64,000 nucleotides of DNA. Source: an uncultured delta proteobacterium (lineage in GTDB: Bacteria > Desulfobacterota > Binatia > UBA9968). The notes below the pieces were generated by a model that searched no databases, had not been told where the DNA came from, and worked only from the letters and a program-made list of their open reading frames with translations. Each line of letters starts with the position of its first letter. Positions within the stretch are counted from its first letter, which is position 1. Below, one piece after another: positions 39,682 through 49,126 of this stretch. The translations under genes and the position numbers were made by a program. The stretch lies in assembly GCA_963737905.1 (NCBI GenBank), contig CAVTUQ010000012.1, positions 140,303 through 204,302 of the forward strand, written 5' to 3'.

Positions 39682-40560
39682 ATGAGCATTATTGACACCC
39701 CGTTCAATACGGAATCCAGAATATCCTGCCTGTTATCACAAGGTGTGCGAACGGTGATCCGCTATTACAACTTCAGCAATTCAGGGATATTGCCCGAAAA
39801 GCGCATGGAGCTTGCCGAAGCTCAAGCGCTGGCAGGGCATGGGATGCAGATCGCCGCGGTATTCCAACAAAGACAGAATCAGCTAACCGACTTTACCAAA
39901 TTGAAAGGGGTTGCCGCCGGGCGTCGAGCTTATCGCTATGCCCAGGACAATATTGGCCAACCAGATCGCTCGGGAATCTATTTCTCTGTAGATTTCGACG
40001 CGAGCAACGACGAAGTCGAGAACAATGTCGCGCCCTACTTTGAAGGCGTAAAGCAAGCATTCTCCGAAGAAAGCGGGGGAAACCCTGAATACCGTATCGG
40101 AGCCTACGGGTCGGGATTGGTCTGCACCGCCCTTACTGGAAAGGGGTTAATTGATTTCACTTGGTTGGCGATGTCGCGTGGTTTTCGGGGTACCCGAGAG
40201 GCATTGAGCGCGGGTGAATTTCACCTGGCTCAACGCGCCCCGGCTGCGACACTCTGTGGACTCGGCGTTGATTTCAATGATCCCAACCCAGATCGCCCCG
40301 ATTTTGGCGCATTCACACTCGTTGACGACACTACGCCGCCCGGCCCCGTTGCTACCATTGGCCAGCGGTACAGGGTAGTCGCGCGTAGCGGATTACGACT
40401 GCGCGAAGGCCCTGGCACCCAATTCGACATAATCGGCGGATTGCGCCCTGGGCAGATGGTTTTCGTGGCGTCGATCAGCGACGGATGGGCTCGCGTGGAT
40501 GCGGAGGGCGATGGCCACATCGACGGCTTTGCCTCTGCTGGTTTCCTGGAGCGTATCTAG
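39682..40560 (+). CDS. DUF1906 (Rv2525c-like) glycoside hydrolase with C-terminal SH3b domain
   Basis: VIRYY, IYFSVDFD, IGAYGSG, WLA; SH3b GLRLREGPGTQF...GWARVD...GFASAGFL. Confidence 0.85.
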   Translation: MSIIDTPFNTESRISCLLSQGVRTVIRYYNFSNSGILPEKRMELAEAQALAGHGMQIAAVFQQRQNQLTDFTKLKGVAAGRRAYRYAQDNIGQPDRSGIYFSVDFDASNDEVENNVAPYFEGVKQAFSEESGGNPEYRIGAYGSGLVCTALTGKGLIDFTWLAMSRGFRGTREALSAGEFHLAQRAPAATLCGLGVDFNDPNPDRPDFGAFTLVDDTTPPGPVATIGQRYRVVARSGLRLREGPGTQFDIIGGLRPGQMVFVASISDGWARVDAEGDGHIDGFASAGFLERI

Positions 40561-40584
40561 CGTTCATTTGCGATAGGATATAGA

Positions 40585-40616
40585 CCCACACGAGAGAGGT
40601 CGTAGGTTGTCTGCGA
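40585..40616 (+). repeat. Eroded third copy of the tRNA-Val 3' half
   Basis: cccacacgagagaggtcgtaggtt-gt-ctgcga versus ctcacatgcgagaggtcgtaggttcgagtcctactgcga. Confidence 0.8.
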
Positions 40617-40667
40617 AAATTGTTCTGCTGCGGCTACACACTGCATTTCAACTTCAGTGATAACTAG

Positions 40668-41480
40668 ATGGCCGAGCTGATTGAAGAGAGAGGGTTGGTA
40701 AGGCCCGTTTCGCGCAAGCTTCGGCTCGACCTGCTTACCCAGCGCATTGTACTGGTGGCGGTGGTCGGTGGTATCTGGTGGCTATTATCGCTGTCGGTGC
40801 CCCATTACATCCTACCCGGACCGGCGCGTGTGTGGGAAGCACTGCAACTCATTGCCCGCAATGGCGATCTGTGGAGCAATCTCGGCATCACGTTCTGGCG
40901 TGTGACCGTCGGTTTTGCGTTTGCGACGTTGGTGGGACTCCCCTTCGGCATAGTGCTTGGAGCGAACAAGCGCGTTGGCGATTTCTTCGAGCCCGTGATT
41001 CCGGTACTGAACACAGTCTCCTCTGCAATCTGGGCAATTTTCGCCATTATCTGGTTCGGCATTTCCAACGCCACGACGATTTTTGTCGTGTTCATGACCG
41101 CGATGCCTTTGATTGTTACCAACGTTTGGCAGGGTACGCGCACGGTGAATGCCGATTTCATCGAGCTTGCCCGCGTCTTGCGCATGCCGGATTGGAAGAT
41201 CATGACCAAAATCTACCTGCCGACGATACTTCCGCATTTTTTCTCCGGCGCCCGTCTCGCATTCGGCTTCGGCTGGCGAGTTTCGCTTGTCGCCGAAACG
41301 ATCGGCTCTTCGAGTGGCGTCGGCTATCGTTTGCGCCAGGCGGCGGACTTGATCAGAACCGATCAGGTGTTTGCCTGGACCTTGACCTTGGTCATCATGA
41401 TGGCCACGATTGAAATGGGAATCCTGAAGCCTCTGGAAAACCATCTGTTTCGCTGGAAGAAGGATGCGGCAGCGGAATGA
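40668..41480 (+). CDS. ABC transporter permease (NitT/TauT/SsuC family)
   Basis: LPGP, ELARVL...IYLPTILP, W..SLVAE...GVG. Confidence 0.92.
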   Translation: MAELIEERGLVRPVSRKLRLDLLTQRIVLVAVVGGIWWLLSLSVPHYILPGPARVWEALQLIARNGDLWSNLGITFWRVTVGFAFATLVGLPFGIVLGANKRVGDFFEPVIPVLNTVSSAIWAIFAIIWFGISNATTIFVVFMTAMPLIVTNVWQGTRTVNADFIELARVLRMPDWKIMTKIYLPTILPHFFSGARLAFGFGWRVSLVAETIGSSSGVGYRLRQAADLIRTDQVFAWTLTLVIMMATIEMGILKPLENHLFRWKKDAAAE

Positions 41481-41552
41481 GACCTCCGGAGTCGTGGATG
41501 ATATCTAACAGGCTGCTCAAAAAGATCTGGCCGAAATCGCGTACGGCAGACC

Positions 41553-41611
41553 GCTTATGGCATATAGGGGGAACCCAGGAACCACATGCTACAAGCCATA
41601 GGCCATAGGCC
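41553..41611. repeat. Inverted heptamer repeat (TTATGGC)/(GCCATAG)n
   Basis: gcttatggcatatag ... catgctacaagccataggccataggcc; same family at 48998-49067. Confidence 0.65.
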
Positions 41612-41638
41612 AGCCGACAGTAAGGGGATACTCCTGCC

Positions 41639-42427
41639 GTGGACGGCCTAACTCAGGAAGCTCATACCGACGTGGAGCGCGGCTCTTTTGCGATCCGGGT
41701 TGACGGCATCGACAAAAGCTTCGCGAACTCAGGGGAGCCGCTCGAGGTACTCAAGGATATCAATCTCACGGTTGCCGAGCACGCGATCGTGGGATTGCTC
41801 GGTGCCTCCGGCTCCGGCAAGAGCACTTTGCTCAATATCATCTCAGGCATCGTCAAGCCCGACCGCGGAAAGGTCTGTCTCTGCGGCGCTTCTAGCGACC
41901 AGTTCAACGACTGGTGTGCTATCGGCTACATGTTCCAGGATGACCGTCTGTTGCCGTGGCGCACGGCGATTGGCAATGTCGAATTTGCCCTGGAGGCAGG
42001 CTCACTTTCGAAGGTGGAGCGGGTTCGGCGCGCGGGTGAAACGCTGGAGCTCGTCGACTTGGGTGGATTCGAAGAGGCGTTCCCCTATCAGCTATCCGGC
42101 GGCATGAGAAGCCGTGTAGCGCTGGCGCGGAGCCTCATAACGGAGCCGCGCATTCTCCTGATGGATGAACCTTTCTCGAGACTCGACGCGCAAACACGGA
42201 CACTCATGCATTCCGAGCTGCTACGCATCCACGAGTTAAAACGCATGACCGTTGTGTTTGTAACCCATGATGTGGCGGAAGCCGTGCTGCTGGCCGATCA
42301 AGTCGCGGTCATGTCGCCGCGGCCGGGGACGATCCGCGAAGTTGTTGAGATTGCGCTTGAGCGTCCCCGCGATGCCACACAGCCCGAAGTTACGAGCTAT
42401 ATTCAGAGACTGCGGGCACTTATCTAA
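41639..42427 (+). CDS. ABC transporter ATP-binding protein (NitT/TauT)
   Basis: GASGSGKST, LSGGM, LLMDEPF, VTHD. Confidence 0.93.
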   Translation: MDGLTQEAHTDVERGSFAIRVDGIDKSFANSGEPLEVLKDINLTVAEHAIVGLLGASGSGKSTLLNIISGIVKPDRGKVCLCGASSDQFNDWCAIGYMFQDDRLLPWRTAIGNVEFALEAGSLSKVERVRRAGETLELVDLGGFEEAFPYQLSGGMRSRVALARSLITEPRILLMDEPFSRLDAQTRTLMHSELLRIHELKRMTVVFVTHDVAEAVLLADQVAVMSPRPGTIREVVEIALERPRDATQPEVTSYIQRLRALI

Positions 42428-42444
42428 TTCAAGGGAGGGTAGAG

Positions 42445-43431
42445 ATGAAAACAAGAAAATTAATCATTGGGATATCTGCTTTAGCGGTGGTGTTATCGTT
42501 GCCCGGCCCGCTATTTGCGCAAAAGATGAAGGTTGGCTATTGGACCAGCGGCTTCAGCCTGGGATTCGGCGCCGTCATGGAGCAAATGAAATTCGCCGAA
42601 AAAGAAGGCCTCAACGTCGAATGGGTGAAGTTTGCCGAGGTGAACGGACCAACCCGCGCGATCGTCTCTAACGCGATCGACGTCGCCTTTGCTGCGCCCT
42701 CTACCAATTCCATCGGCATCGCCGCCGACGGCGTCCCGGTCAAGATCGTGCTCGCGACCCAGATCGCTGAGGCTCAAGTCGTTGTTCCCGAGGGTTCGCC
42801 GATCAAAGCCATAACCGATCTCAAAGGCAAGAAAATCGGCATGTCGCCCGCTGGAAGCGCCACCCACGCCATTGCCACCGCAATTCTAGATCACAATTTC
42901 GGTATCAAGCCCAGTGAATACAGCATTGCGCCAGGCAACGAAGCGCAGCTAGCGCAGTTCTTGACCCAGAAAGAAATCGATGCCGGCGTGCTCCGCTCAG
43001 TGACCATCGCTCAAATGGGGGATGCCAAACTCAGGCGGCTTGGGAGTATCGTGGAAGAGTGGAAAAAGCTGACCAAGGGCAACGCACCGCCGATTCTCGC
43101 GGTTACCATCGTATATAGCGATTATCTTCTTAAAAACCAGGATGCAGTCGCTAAATTTATCGCCGCCACGCAAAAGGGTCTCCAGTATGGTTCGAAGAAC
43201 AAGCCGAACGTTGCAGAAATACTTCAGAAGGCGGCGAACATGAATGCCACCGATGCACGCGCTTATGCCGATCAATGGGACGGCGCCTACATCGCGAGCT
43301 TCGAGCCGCAGGACATCGCCTCGCTGAAACGGATGTACGATATCGTTAAAACGGTAGGCGGGGCTACGAAGGATCCGCCGGATGGCGTCTTCGACACCGG
43401 GCCGTATACCCGCTCCAAGCAGATCAAGTAG
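42445..43431 (+). CDS. ABC transporter substrate-binding protein (NitT/TauT)
   Basis: Signal peptide, DLKGKKIG; operonic with the permease and ATPase. Confidence 0.9.
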   Translation: MKTRKLIIGISALAVVLSLPGPLFAQKMKVGYWTSGFSLGFGAVMEQMKFAEKEGLNVEWVKFAEVNGPTRAIVSNAIDVAFAAPSTNSIGIAADGVPVKIVLATQIAEAQVVVPEGSPIKAITDLKGKKIGMSPAGSATHAIATAILDHNFGIKPSEYSIAPGNEAQLAQFLTQKEIDAGVLRSVTIAQMGDAKLRRLGSIVEEWKKLTKGNAPPILAVTIVYSDYLLKNQDAVAKFIAATQKGLQYGSKNKPNVAEILQKAANMNATDARAYADQWDGAYIASFEPQDIASLKRMYDIVKTVGGATKDPPDGVFDTGPYTRSKQIK

Positions 43432-43504
43432 TCCTTGCCGGGATTATTTACGTGAAGCGACGAACAGGGGGCGAGCCCTCCGGATCAAGTGGGGAGGGAC
43501 TAGA

Positions 43505-43534
43505 GTTCAATGTTCAAAGTTCAACGTTCAACGT
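43505..43534. repeat. Heptamer tandem repeat (GTTCAAn)4
   Basis: gttcaat-gttcaaa-gttcaac-gttcaac-gt. Confidence 0.8.
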
Positions 43535-43806
43535 GCGCGGCGCGTGGACTATGATGGCAGCAGGAATGCAAGCCAGGTTTGGGCCAGGAGATCAAGAGGG
43601 TTCCAGGGCGGGCAACGACATGGCCACCGTGATTGACTTGGTTTCAGACTAGTAATAATCGATAGAAGAGCGCCTTTCCATGCGACCTGCTCCCATAGGA
43701 TTTCACTTGTTGTACAAACGCAAGAAGTAATCTCGCCGATATTCCCCGTGTGGGACCGGGAACACGGCGGTGAATGGCTAGCAGAAGCTACTGAATAGGA
43801 GAAAAC

Positions 43807-44698
43807 ATGATTCGAGGAGTATTGTTGCCGATCATCACGCCGTTCGATGAGAAAGTACGGGTTGACGAACAACTCATGCGCCAGCTCGTGGACTTTCATA
43901 TCGGCGCAGGCGTTCAGGGGCTTTTCGTTCTCGGCTCGACGGGCCAAGGGCCGGCGATGACGATAGAAGAACGCAAGCAGGCTGCCGAGATCACCCTTGA
44001 CCAGGCGAAAGCGCGTGTGCCCGTGGTGATCCATATCGGAACGGCGGACGCCGGAAGCACAGTGGAGCTGGCGGAACATGCGGCGGCGCACAAGGCCGAC
44101 GCCGTCGCTATTGTGCCGCCTTACTACTACTCGGATCATACGGAATACGAGATCATCGCCCACTACAAAGCGGTCGCTAAAGCGGTGCCGTTGCCGATCT
44201 ATATTTACGAGAATCCTAAGTACTCGGGTATTTCGATACCTCCCGGATTGGCCTTGCGCATGAAGGAACAGGTGCCTGCCCTCAAAGGGATCAAAGTCGC
44301 TTATGGCCAGGGAGCATTACTCGAGTATGTGAGACTATTGCCGGACGTTTCCGTTTTCACCGGCAACGCGGATTTGTTCGGCCTGGTGCCTTTCGGCCTG
44401 GCAGGGATGATCAATCCGCCGACCAGCTTTGTCCCGGAACTCTGCGTGGAGTTATTCGATGCTCTCGATGGCAAGGACTACGCGCGTGCGGTGGAAGCGC
44501 AGAAAAGAGTCGATACTGCCGTCCGGCTGGTGGCAGGCGCGATTGCGTAAATATGGACGCGTTCCCCTGCAAGAAGTGTTTCGGATGCGCGGCTTTGCGG
44601 TGAAACGTTTTCCAAAATGGGAGACGGAACAAATGCCCAAAGATGAAGTGGCGAAGTTAGAACGCGAACTCAGGGAAGCGGGGATTCTGGGACAGTGA
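43807..44698 (+). CDS. Dihydrodipicolinate synthase-family aldolase (frameshift near 44537)
   Basis: ITPF, LGSTG, PPYYY, YIYENP, GIK; C-terminus continues in another frame (RLRKYGRVPLQE...). Confidence 0.85.
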
Positions 44699-44749
44699 CC
44701 GCGGAGACTTCTCGGATCACAAGCCTACTGATAATTAACGATACATTCG

Positions 44750-45256
44750 ATGAACGACGAACTCGCAAAGCGCTTGGTGCAAGGTCTCAAAGACGCGGCA
44801 ATTAATTTTGTCACCTACTTACCCGAGACCCGGCTCAGCCAAATCGTACCGTTGATCCAACAGGATCCGGAGATCGAACTGATCGCCGCCGCCAGCGAAC
44901 AGGAAGCGGTGACGATCGCTGCTGGCGCGACCCTCGGCGGGAAGCAGGCGGCCGTCTACATGGAAAATACCGGCATCTTTGTATCGAGTTACAGCCTGCT
45001 CACGGTGGGCAAACAACTCGGGGTGCCCATCCTCCTCGTCGTAGGCTATCTGGGTGGCGTTCCCGATCAGCGCAACAGTTTTCTCTACGCCACGATCGGT
45101 AGCCACACGATGCCAGTGCTTCAGGGCTTGGGAATCGAATACATGGTTCTCGAAGACGGTGATAAGCTGGAGGCCAAGATCAAAGACGCGGTTCGCGCCG
45201 CCAACGCATTACGCGGTCCTTTTGCATTGTTATTTGCCGGGGAGTTTTCCATATGA
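44750..45256 (+). CDS. ThDP-dependent decarboxylase alpha subunit (ComD-like)
   Basis: YLPET, EQEAVTIAAGA, MENTG. Confidence 0.82.
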   Translation: MNDELAKRLVQGLKDAAINFVTYLPETRLSQIVPLIQQDPEIELIAAASEQEAVTIAAGATLGGKQAAVYMENTGIFVSSYSLLTVGKQLGVPILLVVGYLGGVPDQRNSFLYATIGSHTMPVLQGLGIEYMVLEDGDKLEAKIKDAVRAANALRGPFALLFAGEFSI

Positions 45257-45855
45257 TTCGTCACCAATGTCTCGAACTGCTCGCCGGCAAAATGAACGAT
45301 CAGCTGGTCGTGACTTCACAGAGCGGCCAGCGCATCGAGTGGTCACATCTATCGAAGCACGAGGGAAATCTGCTGGTCGGAATGATGGGCTGCGCAGTCG
45401 GCGTCGGGATGGGTTTAGCTCTGGCATTACCGCATCGCAAAGTGATCGTCCTCGACTCGGACGGGAGCGTGCTGCTCTCTCTCTTCAATCTCGCGACATT
45501 GGGTAACCTGCGGCCGAAAAATCTGATTATTTATGTATTCGATAACGGCGTTTATAGCGGTAGCCGGATCAGTTATCCTACGGCGACATCTGGAAACACC
45601 GATCTGGAAGCGATGGCGCGTGGAGCGGGGATCAAGAATGCGCACACGATTCGGGATATCGAAGGATTCAAAGGAAAAGGATTAGGCGCGCTGGAGCAAA
45701 GCGAATTAGCGTTGTTTGTTTGCAAAGTTGAAGAGAGTCTCATGCACCGGGAAATTCCCCGTCCGAACACAGACCTCGCGGAGAACAAGTACACATTCGT
45801 GAGATATCTGGAGCGGACGGAAGGGAAACCCATGCCGTTTATCGGCCGGGGCTAA
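45253..45855 (+). CDS. ThDP-dependent decarboxylase beta subunit (ComE-like)
   Basis: MG...GLALA, DSDGS...DN ThDP motif; 4-nt overlap with the alpha gene. Confidence 0.82.
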   Translation: MIRHQCLELLAGKMNDQLVVTSQSGQRIEWSHLSKHEGNLLVGMMGCAVGVGMGLALALPHRKVIVLDSDGSVLLSLFNLATLGNLRPKNLIIYVFDNGVYSGSRISYPTATSGNTDLEAMARGAGIKNAHTIRDIEGFKGKGLGALEQSELALFVCKVEESLMHREIPRPNTDLAENKYTFVRYLERTEGKPMPFIGRG

Positions 45856-45875
45856 ATTGAGTTGGGGAGGTCGAG

Positions 45876-46907
45876 ATGCGAGAGGTTTTAGGAACATTGG
45901 CGGTGGTTGTCGCTGCGGTTTGGATTACCGGCAACCGGACACCCGCGAACGCGCAAGATTTCTACAAAGACAAGACTGTTCGTTTCATCGTCGGTTACTC
46001 TGCCGGAGGTTCATTTGATCTTTACACCCGGGTGATCGCGCGCCATTTCTCCAAGCATGTTCCGGGAAATCCAACCACCGTTGTTGAAAACATGACCGGC
46101 GCCGGCGGGATCATCGCCGCGAATCATATCTATAACCGCGCCGCGCCGGACGGTGTCACCATCGGCGCATGGGCGGCGCCGCTGGTATTGCAGAATGTCA
46201 TGGGCAATGATGCGACAAAATTCGACGGGCGCAGGTTCGGTTATCTCGGCGTTCCGAGTCCTTATGATACCGTCTGCACGTTCAATGAAAAAAGCGGCGT
46301 CGCGAACATGAGCGACTGGATAACTGCCAAACGGCCGATGAAGATCTCGGCCATCGGGCCCGGCACCAGCACGTCGGATATTCCGAAGCTGCTCAAGGCG
46401 GCGCTCAACTTGCCGCTGGAAGTCCTTGACGGCTACAAAGGCGGGTCCGACGCGCGCTTGGCGGTTGAATCGGGAGAAGTCGACGGCTATTGCGGCTCCT
46501 GGCAAACGGTGGAAACCGTCTGGCGGAGTGCTTATGAAAGCGGAAAAATCCGCGCGGTTCTTCAGGCCTCGCTCGAGCCCTATTCAAAGTACAAGGATGT
46601 GCCGCTGGCGATCAATTATGCCAAGACCGATCTCGCGCGCCAGCTTGTCACAGTAGCGGATAGCGCCCACGGCGCGCAGTTTCCCTATACGGTTCCGCCG
46701 GGGCTGCCTAAAGATCGGCTCGAGCTTTTGCAGAAAGCGTTTGTCGAGACGCTAAAAGACCCGGAGTTGCTGGCGGAAGCCAAGAAATCGAAGTTGGATA
46801 TCGAAGTCATCGACGGACCGACGATAGCAAAAAAGTTGGGGCAGCTGTATGATCTTAAGCCCGAGGTTGTGGCGAAGCTTAGAGAAATCTTGTTGCCGAA
46901 AAAATAA
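45876..46907 (+). CDS. TTT (Bug/TctC-like) substrate-binding protein
   Basis: FYKDKTVRFIVGYSAGGSFD, ENMTGAGG, GYKG...GEVDG, PPG. Confidence 0.88.
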   Translation: MREVLGTLAVVVAAVWITGNRTPANAQDFYKDKTVRFIVGYSAGGSFDLYTRVIARHFSKHVPGNPTTVVENMTGAGGIIAANHIYNRAAPDGVTIGAWAAPLVLQNVMGNDATKFDGRRFGYLGVPSPYDTVCTFNEKSGVANMSDWITAKRPMKISAIGPGTSTSDIPKLLKAALNLPLEVLDGYKGGSDARLAVESGEVDGYCGSWQTVETVWRSAYESGKIRAVLQASLEPYSKYKDVPLAINYAKTDLARQLVTVADSAHGAQFPYTVPPGLPKDRLELLQKAFVETLKDPELLAEAKKSKLDIEVIDGPTIAKKLGQLYDLKPEVVAKLREILLPKK

Positions 46908-47254
46908 TCGGTATCGCGAGCGTGACCCGTGATCGTGCCCGTGGTCATGAAAGCGAAGCAAAATGGAGAGCGGTGTTGGTTCGACAATAGTCACAAGCTT
47001 GCATCGATAAACGCTACGGGCAAATTTCGTAGGATCGAGTCGTCGGAGAATTCAATTCAGATACAGGGCTAAAACGTTCTTGTTCAGATCTTAGCAAAAC
47101 GCTATTGCAGGTGCACGATGACAATAGAAGTCCTGGCGTCAAGCCATCGAAACCATGACTTGCTTGACAGAGAGTGAGCTTTGCTTGTAGACCTTTTTTG
47201 TTGGTACTTTGACTTCCCGCCCGGTGGGGAAGCCTGTGGAGGAGTGAACAAGTC

Positions 47255-48211
47255 ATGGCACAAATCGTAATCGGTATCGGCACATCGCATAGCCCGCAGT
47301 TGAGCATCCGAGCGAAGGATTGGGCTTATTTGCTTAAAAAAGACGAAACGGACCCGCGGCTCGACTATCCGGGCCTGTTAAAACGGGCCAAGCCGGGCAT
47401 TCAATCCGAGCTTGGCGAAGAAAAGTTTCGCCAGCGCGATGAAGCGTGCTTAAAGGCGGTTAGCCATTTGGGTGATGCGCTGCGCAAAGCCAATGCCGAC
47501 GTGGTGGTCATCTTCGGCGATGATCAACATGAGCAATTCGGCGACGATAACATGCCGACCTTCGCGATATACCATGGCAAGTCCATCCCGGTCGTGCGGG
47601 ATTCTGGTGTGCGGCCTGCGGGTTGGAAAGACGCCGAGCGCAATGGCTGGGCTGAGACCGCCGATGAATATGCGAACGAAGACGATCTGGCCAACCATTT
47701 AATTCGCGCGCTGAACGACGAAGAGTTCGACATTGCCCGGTGCAATCGTTTACGCAAGGAAATCGGCGTGGGACATGCGTTTAGTTTTCTTTACCGGCGT
47801 CTCGTACCCGGCAGCAAGATTCCCATAGTGCCGATGATGGTGAATACTTACTATCCGCCGAATCAACCGACGCCGAAGCGGTGCTACGCCTTTGGCCAAG
47901 CGGTGCGCCGGGCTATAGAATCTTGGCAAACCGACAAGCGCGTTGCGCTGATGGCTTCTGGGGGCTTGAGCCATGTTGTTATCGACGAGGAGATCGATCA
48001 GATGACGATCGACGGACTCAAGAATAAGAAGCCGGAAGTTTTATTTCGACTGCCGCGCGAAAGGCTGGAGGGTGGAACTTCGGAAATTCTCAACTGGGTG
48101 GCGTTGGCGGGGGCGATGGAAGACCGGGAAATGAAATATTTGGAATACGTGACGACATATCGGTCGCCGGCGGCGACGGGTTGCGGGATGGGATTCGCGC
48201 ATTGGTCATAA
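47255..48211 (+). CDS. LigB-family extradiol dioxygenase, DesZ (3-O-methylgallate dioxygenase)-like
   Basis: GIGTSH, GDDQ, HAF, NTYYPPNQP, SGGLSH, GTSE, YRSPAATGCGMGF. Confidence 0.85.
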   Translation: MAQIVIGIGTSHSPQLSIRAKDWAYLLKKDETDPRLDYPGLLKRAKPGIQSELGEEKFRQRDEACLKAVSHLGDALRKANADVVVIFGDDQHEQFGDDNMPTFAIYHGKSIPVVRDSGVRPAGWKDAERNGWAETADEYANEDDLANHLIRALNDEEFDIARCNRLRKEIGVGHAFSFLYRRLVPGSKIPIVPMMVNTYYPPNQPTPKRCYAFGQAVRRAIESWQTDKRVALMASGGLSHVVIDEEIDQMTIDGLKNKKPEVLFRLPRERLEGGTSEILNWVALAGAMEDREMKYLEYVTTYRSPAATGCGMGFAHWS

Positions 48212-48213
48212 TA

Positions 48214-48244
48214 GGTTTCGGGTTTCTGGTTTCGGGTTTCGAGT
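48214..48244. repeat. Heptamer tandem repeat (GGTTTCG)n
   Basis: ggtttcg-ggtttct-ggtttcg-ggtttcg-agt. Confidence 0.8.
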
Positions 48245-48277
48245 TGGAAATATCGAGTACCTCAAAAAGTAATTCTA

Positions 48278-48949
48278 ATGATAAGAGAGCCCATCGTTGA
48301 ACGTTTATTGAAGCTCGACACGTGCGCCGTGTCGGACGGTATGGACCGGTTGGGACTGGTGGGGGCGACCTATGGTGTTCGGCCCATGTGGTCTTGCCCG
48401 AAGATTGTTGGGCGAGCAGTGACCATGAAGATCAAGCCGGTGGGCCTGGAGAAACCGAAGCACCACCTCGGGACTTTGCCGATCGACGCGGCTAAGCCGG
48501 GGGACGTGATCGTGATCGATAACGGCGGACGGCCGGATACTTCTTGCTGGGGCGGGCTTCTGGCGCTTGCTGCGAAAGCCAAGGGAATTAGCGGAGTCGT
48601 CATAGACGGCGCGTGCCGGGATATCGACGAGAGCCGCGACCTGGAATTTCCAGTATACGCGCGCGGCGCGGTGCCGATGACAGCGCGCGGCAGAATCATG
48701 CAAGAATCCTATAGTCAGGAGATCGAGTTTGCCGGAGTTCAAGTGCATCCGGGTGACCTCGTGATCGCGGATGGCAGCGGCGTGGTGATCATTCCTCGGT
48801 CCAGGGAGGAAGAAGTTGTTCGAGAAGCGGAAGCGGTAGCGGCGACGGAAGCCAGAATGGCGGAGGGGATACGACAGGGAATGTCCGTTCTCGAGGTCCT
48901 CGAAAAGCTCGGCTACGAGCAGATGTTGGATAAAAACAAGGCGAAATAG
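48278..48949 (+). CDS. RraA/HMG-aldolase (LigK-like) family protein
   Basis: VSD, GRAVT, WGG, VIDGACRD, PGDLVIAD. Confidence 0.88.
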   Translation: MIREPIVERLLKLDTCAVSDGMDRLGLVGATYGVRPMWSCPKIVGRAVTMKIKPVGLEKPKHHLGTLPIDAAKPGDVIVIDNGGRPDTSCWGGLLALAAKAKGISGVVIDGACRDIDESRDLEFPVYARGAVPMTARGRIMQESYSQEIEFAGVQVHPGDLVIADGSGVVIIPRSREEEVVREAEAVAATEARMAEGIRQGMSVLEVLEKLGYEQMLDKNKAK

Positions 48950-48997
48950 GTCGACTGTGGTATGCTTTGTTGCGCTCGATCGCCTCGCTGCAGTGGT

Positions 48998-49067
48998 TTA
49001 TGGCTATGGCTTATAGCGTATGGTTCGTATGTCCCAACTATATGCCATAAGCTATCAGCTATATGCG
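48998..49067. repeat. Inverted heptamer repeat (TTATGGC)n ... (GCCATAA)n
   Basis: ttatggctatggcttatagcgtatgg ... tatgccataagctatcagctatatgc. Confidence 0.75.
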
Positions 49068-49126
49068 AAGTATGCGCGACTTACCTCTGAGATATTTTGA
49101 GCAACCGCAGACGAAGTGGATATGAC

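Larger units (their letters stand above)
37420..40616. mobile_element. Two tandem integrase-less islets at tRNA-Val
   Basis: Bounded by tRNA 3'-half copies at 39569-39612 and 40585-40616; one cargo gene each. Confidence 0.75.
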
